Below are positions 56,621 to 64,000 of a stretch of DNA of 64,000 nucleotides, in pieces. Below the pieces are notes generated by a model. The model did no database searches. It was given only the letters and a program-made list of their open reading frames with translations, and was not told the origin of the DNA. The DNA is taken from sequence record OQ708376.1; one strand, given 5' to 3'. The position numbers and the translations under genes are program-made. Position 1 is the first letter of the stretch; the number at the start of each line of letters is the position of its first letter.

Positions 56621-57007
56621 ATGAATACAAGTTCAATCCTAAAAGCAATTGGTGGTGTTTTACTCATTGAAGTAAAAGGTGAACCAAAGCTATGCTGTTT
56701 AGAAGATATGAAGAATACAAAACACTTCAGTACTGGTCAGATTTTCAATGCCATTCGTATTCTAAATGACAAATCCATTGCTGATTATGGAAAAGTTTGG
56801 CCTGTATATCAAAATGCTGATGGTGATATCAGTACTGATTGGAAAACAATTGAGGCGGTACGACAAAGTTGTGAGAGTGATTGGGACTTCATTGTTGAAG
56901 TTTGTGATCAACTACAAGAAGATGTTCCAGAAATTGTTGAACGAAAAGAAGTTCTAGCACGACTTGAAAAATTCCGTCACGGAACACTACAGTATGACAC
57001 AATCTAA
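56621..57007 (+). CDS. hypothetical protein
   Basis: GGAG RBS. Confidence 0.8.
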   Translation: MNTSSILKAIGGVLLIEVKGEPKLCCLEDMKNTKHFSTGQIFNAIRILNDKSIADYGKVWPVYQNADGDISTDWKTIEAVRQSCESDWDFIVEVCDQLQEDVPEIVERKEVLARLEKFRHGTLQYDTI

Positions 57008-57056
57008 TCTGCTTATTAAAAATATCTAATTAACATTATATAAAAGGAATTTAAAA

Positions 57057-57362
57057 ATGGAAGACAATGGAATGAAATTTGATATGTTTGAAGGTGTACC
57101 AGAGTTCGATTTCAACAAACTTGAAGAAGGTGAGGAATCAGAACTAGTTAGTGTTACACTTAAAGCAGATTCTAAAAAGAAATATTCATCATCAGTACGT
57201 TCACGTTCACAAGAAGAATACGAATCATTTATTGAAAGTATTCATTATGAAACATTCCATCACGCAGATGGAACTCCATATGAAGTACGTGTAACAGTAC
57301 TGAAGCCTGAAGTAAATCCAATGGAAAATCTACGTCCTGTTTACTGCTGGGCAAGTCACTAA
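57057..57362 (+). CDS. acidic hypothetical protein
   Basis: AAGGA RBS; followed by terminator. Confidence 0.75.
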   Translation: MEDNGMKFDMFEGVPEFDFNKLEEGEESELVSVTLKADSKKKYSSSVRSRSQEEYESFIESIHYETFHHADGTPYEVRVTVLKPEVNPMENLRPVYCWASH

Positions 57363-57367
57363 TAAAC

Positions 57368-57401
57368 CAAAGGACGGGATTTGTTATCTCGTCCTTTTTT
57401 T
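57368..57401 (+). terminator. intrinsic terminator
   Basis: AAAGGACGGGAT..ATCTCGTCCTTT and T tract. Confidence 0.8.
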
Positions 57402-57413
57402 GTCTGGAGATGT

Positions 57414-58268
57414 ATGAAACTTTATCTAATCGTTGACTACAATAAGGATTATGCTGGTAACTTCACCGAAGATTCGGATGGATATTGCACATCGACTAAT
57501 GTCAATGTACGTATCAGTAATGCTCATGAACATGAATCTTGTAAAAATCTAAAAGATTTTATCACATACCGAGCATTTGAAAAGAACTTCTGCCGCAGTA
57601 GATATTCGAAGTTTGAGTACCCGTTAATTGATGTTCCTGATGATTTAATGTTCCAGTTAATGCTAACTGGAGTTCAAGATTATGATTACATAGCATATAA
57701 TCATATTACTAAGAAAATTTATATTGGTACATCATCACATGACACTTCTATGTATGCATCATGCCCAGATGATCGAATGAATGATAGAAAATCATACTAT
57801 AGTGGATCAGTTGGTTTAAATGATTCATTAAATGAAAATTTATTCTTTGAGTATGTTTATGATTACCATCATGAGAAAAAAGAACGTGAAGATTACTGTA
57901 TAGCAATTGATAGTACTAATGGGTATGAAGACGTGAAAGAAGCACTTATGCCGTACATTATTGAAAAGTACTACAAAGATTTTCAGTACTGTAGTAATTT
58001 TCTAATCAGAAATTCTATTATAATCGGTCGCCAATCTAGTGCATACTCTCAGTACTATAATGATTCACCAGTAGCATCGGCAAATGAAATGTGTGATATT
58101 TTACAAATTCCACGTGAAGATATGGCATTCATTTTTACATCTTTTATTGAAGATGATGAGTTGTATATTAAAAATAAACACCGTTTCATGCCAAGCAAGA
58201 TTGAGGTTATTCGAAGTTTTAGTGTTGATATACTAACAAATTTCACAGAAAAAACCGAATATAACTGA
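57414..58268 (+). CDS. hypothetical protein with FQ-like motif
   Basis: VPDDLMFQLML; GGAG RBS. Confidence 0.75.
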   Translation: MKLYLIVDYNKDYAGNFTEDSDGYCTSTNVNVRISNAHEHESCKNLKDFITYRAFEKNFCRSRYSKFEYPLIDVPDDLMFQLMLTGVQDYDYIAYNHITKKIYIGTSSHDTSMYASCPDDRMNDRKSYYSGSVGLNDSLNENLFFEYVYDYHHEKKEREDYCIAIDSTNGYEDVKEALMPYIIEKYYKDFQYCSNFLIRNSIIIGRQSSAYSQYYNDSPVASANEMCDILQIPREDMAFIFTSFIEDDELYIKNKHRFMPSKIEVIRSFSVDILTNFTEKTEYN

Positions 58269-58296
58269 GACAAATGATAAGTTAATGATATAATAT

Positions 58297-58845
58297 AAGG
58301 TGACAACATAATATGTTAGTCACCTTTTTTTAATCCTGAAAGGTTCCCATAAGGAAATGATTAAAAGCCTAATCCACTCGAAAATGTAGAGGGTAGATGA
58401 GTAGTCCTTTCAGTACGAACAGCAGATGAAACCCGTTAGATGATGGCATAGTTTGAACCACTCACGGCAATGCGGCTGTATAAAGAACTCCAATAGGATA
58501 AAGAGAGTTCCTCGATAGACATATAAGGATCGCACCTTACCAATTATCTAAGGGAGATTTCATAAGAAATATGCGGTCGGAATTATACAATATAGTTGCG
58601 TCCAAATTTTGTGAAATCAAATACAAGTACTGGTCATATGGTATTTGTATTATGTGTCGGGATGTTTAAGACCGACGACCGTTGCTACAAGAACCGCGAT
58701 AGAGAGAAACAGAGCAACCCGCTTTCGTCTCGTAAGAGAATTCGTGATATGAACTATGTGAAGGCCACCAGCGTCAAACTTTTTTGTTCTTTCCCCTGCG
58801 GGGGGATGAAATATGCTCAAGCAAACCCCGTCAATATTAATTAAA
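58297..58845 (+). ncRNA. candidate large structured non-coding RNA
   Basis: ~550-nt intergenic stretch with many helices (see finding); TGnTATAAT at 58286-94. Confidence 0.45.
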
Positions 58846-58871
58846 AGAAAATAGTACTTGTAGAATTAGAC

Positions 58872-59492
58872 ATGCGTAGCATGATAATTCTACTGATGTT
58901 GATGCAATCAACGTCACGTATATTCATTGATGTTTCCATAGGAATAATGATGGCATTTATTAGAAAAGAAAAAACTGTTACTTATAAAACTTTGAATTTT
59001 GATGATTGCATTAATCAATCACAAGACGAAGATATCTTTACTGGATATGTGGTTATTAAAGAAAAAGGATGCATTTCTTATATAAAGGAATTGCAAAATG
59101 GAATTGAAGTAACTTCAGTTAAATTACTTCCTACTCAAAAACCAACAATATCAAAAGCCCAGTATGGTAATTATTTTGAAGAAAGATATAGTAATAATTC
59201 AATAAGTGTTAAGGCTCATATTATTAAAGGAGAACTAGAAGGAGAATATAGAAAATACAACCCACAAGGAAAATGTGTTTGGGTTAAATACTTCAATTCA
59301 GGATATGATGTAACATCTGAAATTATAGAGTTCTTAGGTTTAAAATGTACCCCTGAGACTATTCACGATTACAAGTTCAATACTGAAGAAGAGTTTAATC
59401 TGATGATGCGTTACGGTTCACATTTTAAATTTTTATATGAATATAACATTGACAGTAGTACTTTTGATAAGATAGTACACAACTGTCTCTAA
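58872..59492 (+). CDS. MORN-variant repeat protein (start uncertain)
   Basis: IIKGELEGEYRKYNPQGKCVWVKYFNSG; C-terminal NTEEEFNL. Confidence 0.65.
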   Translation: MRSMIILLMLMQSTSRIFIDVSIGIMMAFIRKEKTVTYKTLNFDDCINQSQDEDIFTGYVVIKEKGCISYIKELQNGIEVTSVKLLPTQKPTISKAQYGNYFEERYSNNSISVKAHIIKGELEGEYRKYNPQGKCVWVKYFNSGYDVTSEIIEFLGLKCTPETIHDYKFNTEEEFNLMMRYGSHFKFLYEYNIDSSTFDKIVHNCL

Positions 59493-59508
59493 CAAAAGGA
59501 ATTATATA

Positions 59509-60030
59509 ATGTCGAAGAAGGATGCTTCGAAAAAACATTCAGTACATTTTAGTACTGGAAAAGATAACTGGACAACTCCAAAGGATTTCTTTGAAGATTT
59601 GGATGAACTCTGGGAATTTACACTAGATGCAGCATGTGTCAAAGAAACTGCATTGTGTGATAATTTTTTCACTCCAGAAGATGATTCACTGTCACAGGAT
59701 TGGGGAAATAATATAGTTTGGTTGAATCCACCATATAGTGACTTGAAAACTTGGTTATCCAAAGCAGTAGATGCATATAATAACGGGGCAACTGTAGTTA
59801 TTCTTGTACCCTCAAGAACCGATACAATTGCTTTTCAGGATTATGCTGCTAAAATATGTGATTGTATTTGTTTTATTAAGGGAAGATTGAGATTTGGTAT
59901 ACCAGAAGAACCCGATAAGAAAACAGATTCAGCACCATTTCCTTCGTGTCTGATAGTACTGGATAAGTACTTAACCACTGCTAAAATCAATTATCTTAAA
60001 TCTCTTGGGTTGGTGATGAAGAATTTATGA
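59509..60030 (+). CDS. dam: phage DNA N6-adenine methyltransferase (Dam family, T1/HP1 type)
   Basis: WTTP..FF, FTLDAAC, WLNPPYS, LVPSRTDT, FIKGRLRF. Confidence 0.92.
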   Translation: MSKKDASKKHSVHFSTGKDNWTTPKDFFEDLDELWEFTLDAACVKETALCDNFFTPEDDSLSQDWGNNIVWLNPPYSDLKTWLSKAVDAYNNGATVVILVPSRTDTIAFQDYAAKICDCICFIKGRLRFGIPEEPDKKTDSAPFPSCLIVLDKYLTTAKINYLKSLGLVMKNL

Positions 60031-60560
60031 AAGAAACATGCGTATTAACTTTTGGACGTGTTAATCCCGTACATCGTGGACATGGTTTAGTTTTTGAAAA
60101 GGCCAAAACATTACAAGAACAGTACAATGCTGATTTAAAAATATATCTAAGCACCAGTACTGACAATATAAAAAACCCACTCCCACCTGAACTAAAAATG
60201 TATTATACAGAGGGATTCTATCCTTCAGTGCAAGAGAACATCTACACAGAAGACAATCTATTTGATATAATGAGAGAACTGGATGGAAAGTACTTAGATG
60301 TTCTTTTCATATGTGGTTCTGACCGTATTGATTCTTTTCAAAAAACTCTTGACATGTACAATGGTAAGTTGTATAATTTTTGTAGTATAAAAGCAATTCA
60401 AGCAGGTATTGACCGTAATGTAAGTCAATATAGCTCAACACAAATGCGTAACTTCGCAAAAAATGAAGATTTTGATAGTTTTCGTGAGTTTTTACCTGGA
60501 AATGACGAGGACTTAAAAATACAATTATTTGAAGACGTTATAAAATACATGAGGAAATAA
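60027..60560 (+). CDS. HIGH-superfamily nucleotidyltransferase (cytidyltransferase-like)
   Basis: TFGRVNPVHRGH, KNPL, GSDR, SSTQMR. Confidence 0.85.
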   Translation: MKETCVLTFGRVNPVHRGHGLVFEKAKTLQEQYNADLKIYLSTSTDNIKNPLPPELKMYYTEGFYPSVQENIYTEDNLFDIMRELDGKYLDVLFICGSDRIDSFQKTLDMYNGKLYNFCSIKAIQAGIDRNVSQYSSTQMRNFAKNEDFDSFREFLPGNDEDLKIQLFEDVIKYMRK

Positions 60561-60562
60561 TT

Positions 60563-60856
60563 ATGTCAGTACTGTTCAAAACCAATCCAGTACTTTGGGA
60601 TCAAAATGAGCAATCAGGATTTCGTTCCATCCATGTTGAATACAAAGGTAATACTGTAGTTGCAATTATTGCTAACAAAACTCTAGGAAACTGGACTGCA
60701 CAGGTTGTTCCTATGGGATATTCTTACACATCTGATGAGGTTCAATTCCTGGCTGAACTATATCGTCAAGTGCCGTTTATCATTAATGTACTAGAAGGTA
60801 ATGATACATTATCACATGCAGATGTGATTAATTTTCTTGGAAACTTGCATGTGTGA
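60563..60856 (+). CDS. hypothetical protein
   Basis: GAGG RBS. Confidence 0.75.
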   Translation: MSVLFKTNPVLWDQNEQSGFRSIHVEYKGNTVVAIIANKTLGNWTAQVVPMGYSYTSDEVQFLAELYRQVPFIINVLEGNDTLSHADVINFLGNLHV

Positions 60857-61136
60857 TGAAATAAATCTTACAGGATATTTTTTACAAGAATCAATGATTA
60901 AATTTAGTGATAAATTTTCAGTACTGGATGGTATCGAAATGTGGCATGTCAAACCACTGTTCCACACTTTCAGTAAAGAGCACAAAATGTTATTGACTGA
61001 AGCCAGTAAATCAAATAACATATGTGAAATCAAAATTGGTGTAAATGTCTATAAAGGGATGGTTATCTTTTTTGACAATAACAGCAACTACTTTTATATT
61101 GTTAAGGAGCATTACGTTGACAAATACAAATACTAA
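60849..61136 (+). CDS. hypothetical protein
   Basis: coupled ORF. Confidence 0.65.
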   Translation: MCDEINLTGYFLQESMIKFSDKFSVLDGIEMWHVKPLFHTFSKEHKMLLTEASKSNNICEIKIGVNVYKGMVIFFDNNSNYFYIVKEHYVDKYKY

Positions 61137-61731
61137 TACATATTTCCGTTATCTTCGCTTAGGTCTTTCCCTACGTCCGATCCGTGGAAAGTGCGATTCA
61201 CTCGCTGACCTTGACTATGCATATGCATTACATCATGAAGGTGTACAGTATGTATTGGGTGATTATGGTGAATTTGAAGAAACAAATGACAGTACTGGAA
61301 TTAATGCTGGTGTAGAAAATCTTAACAACATTGCTAACAGTTCTCGCCATGACATTGTGTTACAGATTCAAAACTTTATTGAGCAGCACACAGGTAAACG
61401 TGTTTGGTGCTATGTCGGTACGGATGCACAAATGTCAATTTCATTCGGTAACGATGAAGGATATGTTGCACAGCTTATTATGGATTTTGAATCTGAAGAG
61501 AAGTTTTTAGAATTCAAAGAAAAGATTATTCAGTCACTTGTTGATATGGGTATCCCCGAAGATAAAATGCCAGAAGTCCAAAACATTGATGAATTTGTTT
61601 TGATTCCATCTGATGAGAAATATGATGCAATGTTTACTGCTCTTAATATTCCAGGAGTTATTGTGGAGTACTTTGATGATGGTGATGATAGTATCTATAT
61701 CGATCTAGATGACGATGACGACGATGAATAA
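61045..61731 (+). CDS. very acidic hypothetical protein (true start probably downstream)
   Basis: poly-Asp C-terminus; followed by terminator. Confidence 0.7.
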   Translation: MSIKGWLSFLTITATTFILLRSITLTNTNTNTYFRYLRLGLSLRPIRGKCDSLADLDYAYALHHEGVQYVLGDYGEFEETNDSTGINAGVENLNNIANSSRHDIVLQIQNFIEQHTGKRVWCYVGTDAQMSISFGNDEGYVAQLIMDFESEEKFLEFKEKIIQSLVDMGIPEDKMPEVQNIDEFVLIPSDEKYDAMFTALNIPGVIVEYFDDGDDSIYIDLDDDDDDE

Positions 61732-61738
61732 TGTACAT

Positions 61739-61766
61739 AGCCCGACATAAGTTCGGGCTATTTTTG
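61739..61766 (+). terminator. intrinsic terminator
   Basis: TAGCCCGA..TCGGGCTA and T tract. Confidence 0.8.
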
Positions 61767-61777
61767 TAAGGGGATAT

Positions 61778-62053
61778 ATGAATTATAAAGTTCTACAATA
61801 TACATACAGTGTTTTGTTTGATTTACATCACAATGGAAGATATCTCAATACAATACGAGAAAACACATTCACTCATACTATCTGGATTAATCACTTAATA
61901 ATGATACGTGAATATTTTGTTAATAGTGAGATAATCATTCGTGGTAAAAAACAGAAGATAGAACAAGTTAATAGTTTTGGTGGTAAATTAGTACTATCAT
62001 TTATAGATAGTAATACTAATGAAAGATATAGTATAGATTTGGTGGACATATGA
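61778..62053 (+). CDS. TYKxLY-family paralogue 1
   Basis: LQYTYSVLFDL. Confidence 0.75.
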   Translation: MNYKVLQYTYSVLFDLHHNGRYLNTIRENTFTHTIWINHLIMIREYFVNSEIIIRGKKQKIEQVNSFGGKLVLSFIDSNTNERYSIDLVDI

Positions 62054-62316
62054 ATTATAAAGATTTCCTACTAACATACAAGATTATTCGAGATTTAGCA
62101 CACGACAATGATAGCCCTAGTCTAGAAGACACATGCACTGAAATGATTCATACGATTCGTGGTAAGATTAAAAAAAAATTCAGTACTGTTATTATTGGTG
62201 ATGACCATGCAGAATTTTCTGATATAATCATTAGACGTGATGGTAAAGTTGAGGTTCAGTACTACACTGATTTTGGATTTACCAGTATTCCGTTGGAGAT
62301 ATTCCCTTGGGATTAA
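62050..62316 (+). CDS. TYKxLY-family paralogue 2
   Basis: FLLTYKIIRDL. Confidence 0.75.
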   Translation: MNYKDFLLTYKIIRDLAHDNDSPSLEDTCTEMIHTIRGKIKKKFSTVIIGDDHAEFSDIIIRRDGKVEVQYYTDFGFTSIPLEIFPWD

Positions 62317-62618
62317 ATTTAAATGATATACAATTCACTTATAAGATCCTATATGATTTGTATGATGTATACCTTGTTAGTAACAACATAGGTTCACATA
62401 ACCGATCCAAAGAACAACCATTTATTGATTTATATATTGAGTACTTAGATTCAGTAGGTGAATATATAAAAAAGAATTACAGTACTTTTATCGATGGAAA
62501 TGATAAATTCGATTTCTATGGTGTGCAATCATATAATGGTATAATCCATGTTCAATTTCAGGAAATAACCGATAGGGGATTTATCGAGATTAAAGTTGTG
62601 AAGTTGGTGAATTTATAA
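62307..62618 (+). CDS. TYKxLY-family paralogue 3
   Basis: LNDIQFTYKILYDLY. Confidence 0.8.
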   Translation: MGLNLNDIQFTYKILYDLYDVYLVSNNIGSHNRSKEQPFIDLYIEYLDSVGEYIKKNYSTFIDGNDKFDFYGVQSYNGIIHVQFQEITDRGFIEIKVVKLVNL

Positions 62619-62628
62619 GAGGTTACAT

Positions 62629-62940
62629 ATGTTATTAAATGATATACAATTCACATACAAATTTTTGTATATCCAATACGCTACGGTTGATGCTGGAGAA
62701 TATCTCTACAGTGAAATCTATCGTTCGGTATGGATAAAGTTTTTGGATGAATTACATGAATATTACCATGATTTGTGTATAGTTCGTGATAATAAAATAT
62801 ACAAATTCCGCGATATTGTTAGTCATAGCGGTAAGCTACGATTGGAATTAAGTACTGATAGTGATGTTGATTGGATTGGTGTAAATTTACTGGAATTGAA
62901 GAATGAAAAACAACTTAAAGGAAATACAAGTATTTTATAA
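62629..62940 (+). CDS. TYKxLY-family paralogue 4
   Basis: LNDIQFTYKFLY. Confidence 0.8.
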   Translation: MLLNDIQFTYKFLYIQYATVDAGEYLYSEIYRSVWIKFLDELHEYYHDLCIVRDNKIYKFRDIVSHSGKLRLELSTDSDVDWIGVNLLELKNEKQLKGNTSIL

Positions 62941-63187
62941 ATTCTTATACTTATCATATGTAAAAGATGAGTACTATGAAAGTGTGTATTATTTTTTATG
63001 GCAACATTACCGTACTATAGTAAGAGATTTATATATAGGAAAATCTATCATATCCAATGGTGAAAAATGTATCTGTACGGATGTAGTTAGTTTTAATGGT
63101 TCTTTAACACTGTGTTTCAGATGCGATAATAATAGTGGGTCATTTTCATTAAACGTATATCAGTTAGAAGGAATAAATTTTGAATAA
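62903..63187 (+). CDS. TYKxLY-family paralogue 5
   Basis: LKEIQVFYKFLY. Confidence 0.8.
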   Translation: MKNNLKEIQVFYKFLYLSYVKDEYYESVYYFLWQHYRTIVRDLYIGKSIISNGEKCICTDVVSFNGSLTLCFRCDNNSGSFSLNVYQLEGINFE

Positions 63188-63380
63188 ATGTCCATATTGT
63201 AACAGTACTCAATTAGCTCGTTTCCGTTTAGATTCAGACTGGGCGACTGGTGCTGGTGATTTCTTCCCTATTAATGATGATGCGGAATACACCGAAGAAC
63301 AACACAAAGATTTTGATAAATCATGGCGACCTGACATTGAGTGCATTTATTGCCTTAATTGTGAGCGTGTTCATGACTAA
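63180..63380 (+). CDS. zinc-ribbon protein
   Basis: CPYC ... CLNC. Confidence 0.75.
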   Translation: MNKCPYCNSTQLARFRLDSDWATGAGDFFPINDDAEYTEEQHKDFDKSWRPDIECIYCLNCERVHD

Positions 63381-63636
63381 AGCTGAACTAATAGTTCATA
63401 CATATAAAATGATATCAAGTACTGAGTTATCATATAGTGCAGATAATCCAGTACTGGATTATTTTGTTGAATTATTGAAAGAGCATTATATTGGTAAATC
63501 ACTGATTCTTAATAATATTAATTTCACGGTAAAGGATGTAGCACCTGGAAAAAACGTACTAATAGTATGTGTTACTTCATCTGATAACCCAGTATACCCA
63601 ATATCAATAATTTTTGAGATATTAGGAGATTTATGA
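63373..63636 (+). CDS. TYKxLY-family paralogue 6
   Basis: IVHTYKMI; YIGKS as in 62903. Confidence 0.7.
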   Translation: MTKAELIVHTYKMISSTELSYSADNPVLDYFVELLKEHYIGKSLILNNINFTVKDVAPGKNVLIVCVTSSDNPVYPISIIFEILGDL

Positions 63637-63923
63637 ATATCATTTTAATGCAGAAAACATATGCTATATTGGTGAAAGATTATTCCATTACTTTCGATTC
63701 ACAAGAAAGTGCTCTACATAACCTATACAAAAACGTAACACAAGAATACAGAAATATGTTTTCTGACTTAGTAGTAGGAAGGTATTTCAGTACTAGAAAA
63801 TACCCAAAACTTCAAATAGTTGATGTTTCTTTTTATTTCAATGGTCATATTACTATTCATAGTTTAGACCAAGATTCAACAACGTACTTAAACTTTTCAT
63901 TTGATGAGGTAACATTTTTATGA
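63633..63923 (+). CDS. TYKxLY-family paralogue 7
   Basis: MQKTYAILVKDY; VSFYFNG. Confidence 0.7.
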   Translation: MNIILMQKTYAILVKDYSITFDSQESALHNLYKNVTQEYRNMFSDLVVGRYFSTRKYPKLQIVDVSFYFNGHITIHSLDQDSTTYLNFSFDEVTFL

Positions 63924-64000
63924 GAACAGTATTTTTTATCTGGAGTCTTTTTTCATTGGCAGTACTGACAGTATGTGGGATTTGTTTCCTTTCATCAATT

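Noticed and set aside
29762-56957. Alternative-frame + strand ORFs nested in array genes (29762, 37604, 37933, 38421, 43631, 47529, 48107, 50910, 55707, 56766)
   Set aside because: Fully inside motif-bearing genes; no RBS or family motif
58297-58850. Group I/II intron, tmRNA or tRNA
   Set aside because: It does not interrupt a gene, and no P7/S, domain V or tRNA-like ends were recognised
1886-59762. Minus-strand ORFs throughout the track
   Set aside because: All overlap better-supported + strand genes or promoters, lack RBSs and look like shadow frames

Overview
A 64-kb segment of a large AT-rich lytic phage genome (inferred jumbo myovirus infecting Enterobacterales; the layout recalls GAP32/CBB/121Q-type phages, not verified by search). 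Virtually all credible genes are on the + strand. No structural, replication, tRNA, rRNA or CRISPR genes are present. (1) 1-1.7 kb: gene-free and rich in hairpins and repeats, possibly a genome end. (2) 1.7-20 kb: early/host-takeover region of about 40 sigma70 promoter-hairpin-RBS-small ORF cassettes. It includes a TraR/DksA zinc finger, a GNAT acetyltransferase, a minimal protein kinase and an H-NS-like protein. It also holds 11 Chi octamers and two families of promoter-driven non-coding elements (11 CCCA-NN-GGGTG elements, 3 multi-stem elements). (3) 20.2-26.4 kb: 28 tandem paralogues with a GTNYQ motif, plus 4 more copies later. (4) 26.4-54.7 kb: about 50 divergent paralogues sharing an acidic EExxFQxS motif, with an ADP-ribosyltransferase-like gene inserted. 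(5) 55-64 kb: a ~550-nt structured intergenic region, a MORN-like protein, a phage Dam-family adenine methylase, an HxGH nucleotidyltransferase and a third paralogue array. The palindrome AGTACT is strikingly over-represented throughout. All counts are by eye. Start codons were often moved downstream of the ORF-track start to match promoter/RBS position.
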